Source: a virus
Lineage: Duplodnaviria > Caudoviricetes
DNA: 64,000 nt
IMG/VR virus record: IMGVR_UViG_3300042339_001064
Span: 16,674-80,673 of that record
Reading direction: 5' to 3' (one strand)
Positions 19,601 through 30,300 of the stretch are shown piece by piece. Both the position numbers and the translations under genes were made by a program. The notes below the pieces were generated by a model that saw only the letters and a program-made list of their open reading frames with translations, did no database searches and was not told the DNA's origin. Position 1 is the first letter of the stretch. Each line of letters starts with the position of its first letter.

Positions 19601-21282
19601 ATAAAGTAGTAACTGTAGTTAGTATATATCCAGGTGAATATACTGATGGTAATCAAAGTTGGTTTGAAGGAAATGAAACATTTAAAATAAATATAGAAAG
19701 AGAAGGCATAACTTCAGGAATATTTGATAATAATGAAATATTTAATCCTATTAATAGTCAAAATAGTGATGAATATAGTAATTGGGAAGTTAATTTAGTT
19801 AATGATTTAGAAAATGAAACTACTGCAGAATTTGAAATAGAACCTACTGCAGAAGAAAGTGCAAGAGCAAAGTCTGTATTTGGTACTAAACCTGTATTAG
19901 ATCCTGTAACACAATTAATTACAGGTCAAGCTAATCAAGTTAATTTTGAAACTAGTTCAAATAATGTCTTAGAAGGATTTGAAGATGAAGCTGATAGTAA
20001 TATTGTTTCTTTAACTAGAGTAGCTTATGTTAAATTTAATATTACTTATGATGAGCAAAATAACAAACAATATGATGTAAGTATTTTTAATAATCAAGAA
20101 TTAAATAAAAAGTTTAATAATAAAATATTAACTGAAACAGAGGTTGAAAAACTTTTTAAAGATAATGGATTATTTTTTAGTAATAAAATAGAGTCTAATA
20201 ATGTTTATGTACTTAAAGATATAAATAAAAAACCAATTAATTCTTTTCAACAAGAAAATATTATATCTAAAATAACTATCCCTGAATCTAGTATATTAAA
20301 TAGTATTTATGCCAATGATTTAACTAATCAAGAAGGAGAAATAGTTGTATTAGATACAGAAAATAAATACAATAACACTTTAAAGACTGAAAAAGATTTT
20401 AGAAATAATGCAGCATTAGGAGTAGTAGTAAATAATGCTTTAGTAGCAATTATTCCTGCTAATAAAGGAAATACTAGGAATGCCCAAGTAAGAAATAAAT
20501 TAACTATTACTAAGGTAGGTAATACTTTTACTGTACAACCATTTAAAGTTAAAATTAAAAAAGTTAAAAAAGATGCATTTTTATTTAATAATCAACCTAT
20601 AAGAATAAATAACTTTTTAAATAAAGTTAATGGATTTAAATCTACTATTGCTTTTGTATATGAAGTAGATAAAGTTAAAAAATTAGTTAATCCTTTTGTT
20701 AATAGAGAAGTTTCTGAATTAAATATACCTGCAGATAATTTAACTAATAATGGAGTATTTTTAATATTAGAAAAAAGTGGAGAAAATCCTATTATTATTC
20801 CTTTGCAAACTCCTAAGTTAAGAGAATTTTTTGAAGGAACACAAGAAGATTTAGAAAATATTAAAACTATTCTTAAAACTAGTATTTCTGATGTATTTAC
20901 ATCACAAGATTTACAAGGAAATTATAATGTTTTTTTAAATAGACTTAGAACTGCTTCTGATAAAAATCCAATAATAAGTCAAATTTTTAAAATTATTCCT
21001 ACAAGTATTAATGAAACATCTACTAATACATCTCAAAAAATAAAATTAGAAAATTTAAAATTAAATTTTAATTTAGATAATATTATGGATTATTTGTGGG
21101 ATACTTTAATTACATTAAATGAAAATACTAGAGACTTTTATTCTGTAGATTTAGATCCTGAGAACTTTTATGCTAATAACTCTGTTATAATTGATTATGA
21201 TAAAAATATTATAATGGATACAAAAAATAATGATATTACATCAAATTCTATCTTTAATCAAGATAATGATGTTTATTGCTAA
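13690..21282 (+). CDS. Giant ejected virion protein with a PD-(D/E)xK nuclease domain
   Basis: 2530 aa. N-terminal 'FPDNMSQEDIRQAL' motif and Ala/Gly-rich membrane-like region. Nuclease motifs 'AGTMDIIAVGKDGKVDIIDLKT' (18748-18813) and 'KQLGFY'. The single Cys is the last residue. Confidence 0.7.
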   Translation: MPQVNHPKYGIINFPDNMSQEDIRQALIKLDQQGNKIIQPTQQKLMQQQPVAPKPVVKQEEEQTFYNQLTNKVSQGIKGVTNFFTGEEEQTPQQKISNQIPNVNQSKSVKGYGQSNIETPKPINTNAKASELANVGYRQGSSFEEQKSVIDDNYNKESEKVKNNYLALLRMAGEENPSLDQLPPNIKLLYNKDLQPITAKYNAEINKLKAQPLTNRKGLITDINQKNKRIEQLNEGIDSYTKKVENLSKQNEFLNLAKENNPLNKPSSIIPIVGIYNIYDTYSKRKAEINKAKKQLEGGKKDLQNLKNFNIDPIQILKNTPANELPQITASLEKPIKNLLESAKKFINLEDETTIRDLNKEQETNKIWTGNVIFDWFTNNVVKRERDVVKVKNYLSDTNAKGALENTTNYYYDKVEFSNAGSKNRLQQKIVEKGWDKDINAFDEKFNALLEDFPSLKNDSNKLMGTIQNLYSTPEQQQKVLSLIQDPDFQEIVTNNEALYNLNGARIGQSLKMFQAEKINELQALKVVKNLNERQQAAQDKLELRSKESGLFSADRVNYYLQQLDKGKSYIAEYGKQQVGSLATTINPESESARKLEYSADLWKAINFAQDEGNISLFDKGVEWVNLEADKNNNYQIGFNKLGQVVDVKANDMSISVKGSQRDLIENYFYSNSSELKKQAGDIYSMPGGTSAALGGTSKAIAVGIAEEAPTIAAEVAATIFTEGAAAPLLEATLLRLGAKGITAAKASRNFSKIAGQVINTTSTYAEVKHDVEKNYKEQGLDPGLLQVITTSGAISAVSQLTPGLENKYRQIGADFVADRVKKEANNVFVEDIPKVIKSLTDDLVDIKNPSVKDYLFNKELRNYAVARFSDRMGTVAKSFRKEGLQEASEETILEPLAQVLANAANASLTGNEEYNKETLRDLGFLDPETALIAGLTGGIMSSGIEVSKASSDLNETLAANFKKDNGLNTINALQAAIKDPNKFKSLLSTFIGNSSPSGNSLTQETYNNLIESFDTVKNNFEQTKKDFNLDNDFISKLDFENPLHKSILESVGVNLKNIESFNGSKTFDNVILNSELNKVNKEKVVASLAQSLGIPNNNNQLDLTPYLDENGFFDYNKYIEIIGKDTLDEITINNIKEYNNIVGREKSTKNLINLFNKNLGPIQSQFKAQYQTAIENNPELLNPQAGFVRSIYQQNLFNKLANQTRIDRINSLLEIGQAIDKDKELREELKTLNENNKSLDKSLTSITDTYTNGYFDAQENLNNLDEEFNEIDKQLQDKLNSYLSPGLIDNLSEEKENEIKNLIRIKSDKLKEIKKTHKEFNSRFNNGLKSQTLNRKALITDAEGKRTVKDVTIDKQLEESIKGDKERLTKIKEYRKIFANLINGQATKQDLDKLKKNNRLYNKQLLEETVLPYYVSFNKEELIQAFDNDPDLLLGMFSILEDMGYVGDIQNYKNVNLDTLTSVVTDGIIKLNYNISLINNNQENLINNFDQKNGALLVNNYIKTIEENSAKNQEQPAVETPTQSSDNVQDNVISLIEKNSKLKSDFDEDEITNNFYIINDKEYKRVTSVERDELNSNENLTAGANVGNFFDSLGRFIFGNLNVTKENSDVILQAQLDYFKNNGITFNLKKDSYVEMFNNLIEQRDSLIQEGFKFITEERVLYHAYDGLKFIGEDSTGINDNTIGVAGTMDIIAVGKDGKVDIIDLKTISDNKGKDTENLKDKETNGWSKQLGFYKTLLEKIPSVKVNNTKVFVSKVKYDISDFGNTISFLNFIEPKLNTINISKSALTLINNYLSIPNLVIDKPVEIITNTEAITEEEMPDYILEQQMLLAEDSNPELPNNEDFGPDEFQLSQATGVPVTEMEGIVPIIKTEVIDLQTDNNIFFTPVNQTKAENLEIEINKLISDKNKELRNLIVNTENVDQKINKITNKYNKLITKAKKELLILQGKSPIQKTKLVNELVTGDKIIIDNKVVTVVSIYPGEYTDGNQSWFEGNETFKINIEREGITSGIFDNNEIFNPINSQNSDEYSNWEVNLVNDLENETTAEFEIEPTAEESARAKSVFGTKPVLDPVTQLITGQANQVNFETSSNNVLEGFEDEADSNIVSLTRVAYVKFNITYDEQNNKQYDVSIFNNQELNKKFNNKILTETEVEKLFKDNGLFFSNKIESNNVYVLKDINKKPINSFQQENIISKITIPESSILNSIYANDLTNQEGEIVVLDTENKYNNTLKTEKDFRNNAALGVVVNNALVAIIPANKGNTRNAQVRNKLTITKVGNTFTVQPFKVKIKKVKKDAFLFNNQPIRINNFLNKVNGFKSTIAFVYEVDKVKKLVNPFVNREVSELNIPADNLTNNGVFLILEKSGENPIIIPLQTPKLREFFEGTQEDLENIKTILKTSISDVFTSQDLQGNYNVFLNRLRTASDKNPIISQIFKIIPTSINETSTNTSQKIKLENLKLNFNLDNIMDYLWDTLITLNENTRDFYSVDLDPENFYANNSVIIDYDKNIIMDTKNNDITSNSIFNQDNDVYC

Positions 21283-21307
21283 ATTATAAAAAATAAATAT
21301 TAATTTT

Positions 21308-24300
21308 ATGGCTTGCTACATTAATCCTTTCCCTAATGAAATATCTCAAGATGAGTATTTATTAATTTTAAATACTAATAATTTATATGATACTTATTTA
21401 AATATTATTAATAATGGTGAAGAAGGTTTATTAGAATTTTTTAACATTAATAAAGCTGTAATTGATAAAGGAATAAATCAAATTAAAGAATTAAGAGATT
21501 TTAAAGCTGGAAAATTAACCTCAACAGATGTTATTATTAATAATCCTATTATTAATTATTTTATAAATAATAATATAAACTCTAATATACTTAAAACTTT
21601 AGATAAATCTTTTACAGAAATTTTTTATAAATTAGCTAATGAAAATAATAAACCTGTATCAGACTTTATTAATATAAATGATTTATTTAAATTACCTTAT
21701 CAAGAAGGAGTAAAATCTAGTAATGTTCTTATTAGATTTTTAGGTTCTTTAAATGGATATAAAAATATGTTATCTAATCAGTTAACTACAGGATTAAATA
21801 ATAATAATGAAGTTTTAACAGAGTATGATAAAATTTATATTCAACAAACTATTAACTATATTAACAGTTTAGGTGTTTTTAAAGATCTTAATTATCCTAT
21901 TATTTCTTTAGAAAATTTTAAAAATAATTTAAGATTAAAAGAATTAATTAATTATTTAGGAAGAGATGGTTTATTTAAGCTAGATAATCAATTAGTAGAA
22001 GATTTAAATAATGAAAAAGAAGATCTAGAAAATAATATTCAAATATATGAAAAAGATCCTTTAACAGAAGATCCTTCAGATAAAATATCTGCTAGACTTA
22101 AATTAATGCTTAGAGGTATTAATATGTATGATAGTTCTGGCAACAAAGTTATAAAATCTAATATTGAATTATTTTGGAAACCTGCAGATTTAATACAAAA
22201 AATGTTAATAGCAGTTTCTAATAATAATGTACATAATTTAACAATAGATCAAATTTTAGACAAATTAACAGTATTATCTACTCAAGAATTTTCTATATTA
22301 TCTCAACCTATATCTACATTTTTAAAAAGATTAAATGCTTTAAAAACAAATAATAATTTATTTAATAGTGCAGGTCCAGATATTTATACTGATTTATTTT
22401 TATATTTTCAACAATATCCTGTAGGTATTAAAGTTTTAGAAACTGAAACTACTATATTTAAAAATAAACCAATTTATATAAATGGTATTGAAGTTATAGA
22501 AGATATAGAAGTAAAAAGTTTAAAAATTCAAAATAAAGTTGATTATGTAAATGCAGGTTTAAATAGAGTACGAAAAGATATATTTAATAATCTTTTAAAT
22601 AGTAGCGAATTACAAAATAATTTTAATACTAAAAATGAATTAATATTAGCTTCTAATCAAAGTGTAGCTCAATTAGCTGAAATTATTGCAACTTTATTAT
22701 CACCGAGTCTTACAACAACTCAAAAAAATATTAAAGAACAAGTTTTTAATAAAATTAAACAAACAGATTTAAAAAATGGAATAAATTTTTTAACTGTTTT
22801 AGAAGGTATTATTAATGGTGATAATATATTAAACTCAAGTATAATTAATAAAGTTTATAATATTAATAATGATACATTATTTCCAGTACTTAGTCCTTCA
22901 GAATTAAGTGAAGAATTAAGTATTATTAATTCTAGCATTGCTGCTATTAAAAATGGAGTAGCTTATGAAGATACAGATTTTTATAAAAAGTTTAATGGAG
23001 ATATTATTAGTATGTCATTATGGGCAGACTATGTAAAAAATGCTAGTAATCCTTTAAGTTTATCTATATTTATTGGACATAAACTTGATGAAAATATTAA
23101 AGAAGAATATTCTGATTTTACACAAGCAGAGTTATTAGCTAATTTATTTAATGTTATAAGTTCTGGTAGTATCCCTACTCCAATTTTATCAGATAAATCT
23201 AATATTTATTTAATTGATAATTACAGTCTTAATCAAGGAGCTTTAAATCAATTAAATTTTAGACAAGATCCTATTTCATATTTTAAATATTTTATTAGTT
23301 ATTTAAAAATAGATAATGAATTAAATGAGCAAATTAATAATGGTATTAATATTGGAAAAAATATTGATAAAGCTATTGCTAAGCAAAAATTAATTTTATT
23401 TAATCCTGCATTTTATGAAATTGCAGATAATGAAGAAGTATTAGAAATTTATAATACTTATGTTAATGGAGATACTGAAAATAAACAAACTGCTGAAAAA
23501 CAACTTATAGATATTATTAATAAATACCAAACTAAATTAGGAAATGATTTATATCAAAAATTTATTGATACTAAATTAATTACTTATAATGATGATTTAG
23601 AAGGATATTATATTAATAGTAATTTATTAGATAAAACAATTTATTTAAAAACTAAAGCAGGAGTAGAGCAATTAAAAAATAATATTAAAGAAGTTGCTGT
23701 AAAATACTATGTTTTAAATACACAAGTTAAATTACTTTCAGTAGGTCATTCAGGTTTCTTTAAAGAGAATGATGAGCAAAAAAGAGTTAAAGCTATTGCT
23801 GCAAATTCTAAAAAAGTAAATTTAAATGCTACTTATAAAAATAAACAAATTATAACTAAAAATAGTGGTAAAAGAATTATTTTAAAAGACATAGAAAATC
23901 CCGTAGTAAATAAAATAGCTGAAGATTTTTTTCTTCAAAGATTAAAAGAAGAAAAGTTTTCTAATGAAGATATTCTTAAAAAAATGGCTAATTTGTTTTC
24001 AAATTATACTTTATTAGATGGTACACCTGTCTATTCTTTAAACAGTGCTAAATTAGATAAAATAAAAGAAGAATTTAATATTGAAGCAGCACCTTTATTA
24101 GAAAAAATAAATACTTTAAAATTAGAAAATAATTTAGAAGAAGTTGCTTTAATTCAAGAAGATTATAATAAAATTTTAACTAAATATTCTAATTTAGAAA
24201 AAGAAATTAAATTCTTGCCTACTAAAAAAAGTAATACTACTGATGCTTCATCTGTATCCTCTTTAGATTTTTCTAAAAAATATCATGTAGGATTAAATAT

Positions 24301-27300
24301 GTATTCTGATAACCAAGAAGAAGCTTATAATGCAGAATTAAATGGTAATTATTTAAATAAGTTTACAGAAAATAACTTTAAAGTTATTAAAAATATAGTA
24401 TATACTAAAACTAAAAGTAAAAATTCTGATATATTACTTCCTTACATGGAAAAAACATCTACAGATAATTTTACTGCACAAAGAGTATTTTTAGGAGAAG
24501 AGCCTAATTTATACCAAGCTATGATTGGAAAAATGTTTGGTTATACTTTTAATGAAAAAAATGAATCATGGACTTATAATCCAAATAATGCAATAATAGA
24601 TAAAATTGTTTATGAGAGTGCTGTTAAAGCTGAAATGCCTGTAAACCAAAATGGAGATATTGTTGTATTTGATTTATTAAAAGAAATAGAAAATAAAAAT
24701 ATTAAAAGTTTAGAAGATGTAAATAATTGGAAACCTGAACAAAATTTTGAAGAAAATTATGTTATAGATATTCCTATTACTGAAGATAGATTACAAGTAG
24801 AAACTCCAGAACATTTAGAAGGTCAAGCAGATATAGGCACACAAATTGAAGGACTTATAAGTAATGGTATAGATGCAGACTCTGAATTTGTAATTAATAA
24901 TAAAACATTTAATGGGCTTGAATTAACAAATTTATTAAATCAATTAAGAGTTAATTATGTAGACAAAGGAGAAAATGATTTATATAATGAATTTTTTAAA
25001 GAAGATAGAATTTATGATTTAGTTGCTTCATTATATAATGATAGAGAATATTTAAATTTAGAGACTTTAACTCCTGAAAAATTACCCGATTTATTAAGTA
25101 ATCCTCAATTTGGATTAGCTTTAGTTTCAAAAATACAATCTTTAATAAAACAAAATGTAGTTAAAACAAAAATTAATGGTATTCAATTTTTTAATGGAGT
25201 TGTTGCTAATGATAAAAGTTTAAATATATTAGTAGAAGATGTTATAGATGCAAATGGTAAAACTATTAAAAAATTAATATTTGAAGTAGCAGTACCTGCA
25301 TTTAGTGAAAACATGTTTAAAGCAGCATTAAATTCTGAAACAGGAAAGTTAGATGTAAATTTAATTCCAGAAGAATTAAGAGAGTTTGTTGTATATAGAA
25401 TACCTACAGAAGCAATGTATTCTATGTTTGCAGTTAGAATTAAAAAATTATTACATCCTTCATCAGGACCTATTATATATATGCCAGAAGGCCCCACAAA
25501 TATTGCAGGTTTTGATATGGATATTGATAAACTATTTGGTATTGTAAAAAATTATTATTCAAAAGATAATAAATTAATTCCTATTTCTTATTCTTTAGAA
25601 AAAGATAGTAATATTAATTTTAAAGAATGGATTAAAGAAAATATTACTGATACTGACCAATTAACTTTAAATGATTTATTTTTAGAAAAAAGTAATTTAA
25701 TTGAAAAAAATCCAGATTTATTTAAAGAAAGATCTGATATTAAAAAATTAAAAGAAGAAAAAAATAAAATAATCTCTGATTTAGAAAAAGATTTAATAGA
25801 AGAATATGATCTTTCTGGAAAACAATTATCTACAGCACTTTCAAGACAATTAAAAAATTATCCAAAATATTTAGAAATTAAAGAAACTCTTAATACTTTT
25901 TATGACTCTATTAAAATAGAAGAAAATGAAAGTTTAAAAAATTCTGTAAAAGAAATAAATAAACAAATAAATGATATTTATGCTATTTATAAAGATTCTT
26001 GGAAAAATTTAAATGTTGCAGCACAACTTAGTACTAGTCAATATCAAAATCTTTATTTAGATATTATTAAAGGGGTTGTTACTAATGAAAAAAGTGTAAA
26101 TGAATATATTACAGGAAATGGATTTCAAAGATTAGAAGATATAAATACTGATTTAGAAAATAGAAATACTTCTAAAGAAAGTAAAAAAGATAAATTATTA
26201 AGAGCTCAAAATCCTTATAGAGATGCTAATTTAGTTAACTCTTTAAATACTTTTAGAGCTATTATGTCAGGTGCACAAAATATTGGACCTGCAGCTATTT
26301 ATAACCAATTTGTAGCTTTAAATCAATTTTTAAAGAATTTTGGAATTGAAAGTACAGTAGGATTTAATGTTAAATCAATTAATTTATTAAGTAAAAATCA
26401 AAAAGATACTGAACAATTTAATATATTTAAAGGTTTAAATAATTATGTAACTAAATCTGGGTTAAAACCAAATATGGCTATTGCTGAGTTATTAGCACAA
26501 GCAGTAGATAATATTAAGAAAGATTTATCTGTTCCTTTAAATTTACAAAAACAATTAGTAGGATTAAGATCTTTATTATATATTACAGGTTTAGATGAAA
26601 ATATTGTTGATAGAATATTTACAGATTATCCTCTAGTAGATAAAATTATTAAAGAATCTATTGAATCAGATGATATTAATAGATATAAAAATAATATATT
26701 TAAATATAATTTATATGATTTATCAGAAAAACCTAGTAAATTTATATTTTTAGATAAAGATGAAAAAATAAACATTAATTTAGAATTATTAAATAAAAAA
26801 TTTAAACCAGGTAATTTAGTATCAGACATATTATCTTCTGATATTTCAGAAGAAGAAATAGTTTATTTTTTACATGAAATGTTAGAATTAGCTAATGAGT
26901 TATCTGATATTATAAACACTATTAATTATTATCAAAAAGGGTTAGGTAAAAACTTTGCTAGTTTAATTTTTTCTTATGATAAAACAAAGCAATTATTAAA
27001 TTCTACTTTATCAAATAACTTTAGTATTGATTTGTCAAATAGTTTTATAGAATATAAACTTCAAAAGTTAGTTGAAATTACAGAAAATATATATAGTAAT
27101 TTTAATATTAATTTAGAAGATCCAAATTTTAATTTCTTTAAACAATATTTTCAAAGACTTAATAATTCAAAATATTTAGGATATTTATTTAATGCTAATT
27201 TAAGTTCTAACTTATATTTAAATTTATTAGCAGAGTTTGGTTCTGCAGAAAATCTTAAAAAAGCATATTTTAAAGAAGTTTCTGATTTAAAATTAATTTT

Positions 27301-30300
27301 TGGACAAAATACTATAATAGAAAAAACTGGAGATAATTATGTAAAATCAGATGTGCAAAATTTAAATTTAAATATTTTAAATTCTATTATTAGATTTGTA
27401 GATAATAATCCTTTCTTTGAAGAAAATATAAAAAATATAACAATTTTAAAACAACTTTATCCTTTTGATATACAATTTTTAGGCCAATCAGAATCTTTTA
27501 ATAGTTCTTTGAATCCTAAAAATATTATTGATATAATGTCAATAGATAATAAAACTTTATATTACGGAGGTAATCAAGATATTATTACTGAAGATAATGT
27601 ATTTAGTGCACAAGAAATTACTCAAAAGTTATTTTTTATTAATATGGTTCAATCAGGATTATTTAGTGGAAAAAACAATAAAGGAAGAAGTAATGTATTT
27701 GATTTGTTATTTTTAGATAATATTATTTTACAAAACTTTTTATTATATATTAATAAACCATATTCTTATTTATTAAATAATTCAGTAGTAAACCCAGAAA
27801 TACTTAGAAATAGTTCAAATGTTTTAAGTGCTTATACTGATTTTATTCTTTTAAATAATCCAGAAGGATTTAATAAATATACTCGAAGTTTAGAAGATAC
27901 TTATTTATTAGATAATAATACTAAAAAATTAATTAAAAATATATTTGTTAATAGTACCCCTATAACATTAAATAATAATTATTTAGATGTTTATGTTATA
28001 GATAAATCTATTATACTTCCTACAGATGATCCTAAAAAATTAGTAAAATTAGGTAACTTTTTAAATTCTACTTATATTACTTTTAATGATAACGGATCTA
28101 AAAAATTATTTAAATTAGTATATAGTTTAGGTAATAATTTATTATATAAAAATCTAGGAATTATTGGTGGTAATTTATTATCAAATGAATTCAGTGGAAA
28201 AATAAATCCTATTGCATTTAATTTTTTAGATGAAGTTATAAGTAATTTAGGTATTACTCGTTCTAATATAGAAAGTAGTGATGTAAATCTTGCAAATCAA
28301 GTTATTGGTACTTGGAGTAAACCAGCAATTCAAACTCCTGTAAATACAACTGTTGAAACTATATCTACACCTCAAAATCCTATTAAGATTTATTCTGATG
28401 GATCTGACATAAAAGGAACAGGTAAAGTAGGTTTTGGTGCTGTATATGAATATAATAATAAAGAGTATGCTTTAACAGGCACAGAAGAAGGCTTTGAAGT
28501 TAAAGATTTACAAAAAATGTTTCCTGAAGCTAAATTTAGTAATCCTACTATGGAAATGTTAGCTCTTGTAAGAGTACTTCAATCATTCTCTAATAATTCT
28601 GAACATCTTTCTATTTATCAAGATTATAAGGGTGCTGTAAACTATAATGAATTATGGAACTACTCTGAAGGATCTCAGCAAAGAGAGTCAAAACCTTGGA
28701 ATGCTAAAGAAAGTTATATCAAATATTTAGTTGCACAAGCTGTAGATGCTATAAAGAAAATTGAAACTAACGGTGGTTCAGTAAAAATTAACTGGGTAAA
28801 AGGACATGCTGGTAATAAAATGAATGACAGAGCTGACTTTTATGCTAAAAGTAGAGAAAACTTTAATAATTTAACAGAGCCTCTTAGTAAAACATTTATT
28901 GAACCTACTACTCAACCATCTACTGATGTTAAAACTAAACAAGAAGAACAAAGTAAATTATTTCAATTACCTTCAACAGAAGGTCAAGTAGCATCAGAAA
29001 AAACTATTAGAGATTTAGCTGCAAGAATGTCTGATAGAATAGGTATGCCTGTTAAGTTTGAATCTGATAGAACTAAACAATATAAAGGTAAAATTGAAAA
29101 TAATATTGCTTATGTTAATTTAGCTTATGCTACATTAGATACTCCTATACATGAGATATTAGGTCATCCTATTATTAGAGCAATTAAAGGTAAAAATAAA
29201 GGTTATGTAGTAAAAGGATCTACTATAACAGATAAAGCTACTAATAAAACTTATATTGTTAAAGAAGTAACTGAAGATTATGATTTTGTCATAGAAGAAA
29301 ATGGTAAAGATATAACTGTTGATAGTTCTACTTTTGAATGGAATACTAATGCAATATCTCAATTATACCAAAATCTACTTAAAGAACTTGAATATGGTAA
29401 AGGTAAAGAAGTATTAGATAGGATTAAAAGGGATTACAAAGAGTATGAAAAAAATTTAACAGCAGTTAAATCTGAAATAAACAGAATACAAAATATTATT
29501 TCTAAGGGTTATCTATACGAAATAGATGGGAATCTTTTTAACAAAAAAGATGCTATAGAATACTCTATAGATAATAATTATGATTTTGAAGAAGAAATAG
29601 AATTTGATTCTTATGCAAATTTAGAAATTAACTTATTAAGACAACAGCAAATATTAGAAGAAAAAAATTCTGTTTCTAAAAGTAATGTTGCTGAAGATTT
29701 TATTATAGATGATAAAGAAATAAGAATTGTTTATAATTTAGAAAAAGTTCAAGAAGAAGCTATTGTAGAACTTCTTGGTATGATGACTGCTGAAAAACTT
29801 GATAATGTTAAAGACGGTAAATTAATATCTTTACTTAAAAGATTACTTAAAGAAATGAAACAATTTATTCGTTCTTTAATTAATCAGAAAGAAGTTGAGA
29901 TTGATAAATTACCTGATAATATGACTATTAATGATTTAGCTGATTTATTAGCTTATTCTAATAGTAAACTTATATTACCTGGGTATGAAGTAGAATATAC
30001 TACTCCTGATAATATGAAGTTTAAAACTTATCAAGAAGCTAGTAATCATATTAGTCAATTAGCTAAAAATGTTAAAGATGTTGATTTAGATAATATTTCT
30101 TTATTAAAAGAAAAACCTAAATATAAAATAGGAGATTATTTTGGACAATATGAAAAAGGATTTGTAGAACAAGAAGGTCTAAATAAAATAGAAACACAAG
30201 AAGAAGCAGACTATTTAAATTCAAAAGAGTATAGACTTCAAGAGCCTGATACAATAAAAAACTTTATAGAAAAAAACAAAGAATACGAACAATCTAAAGA

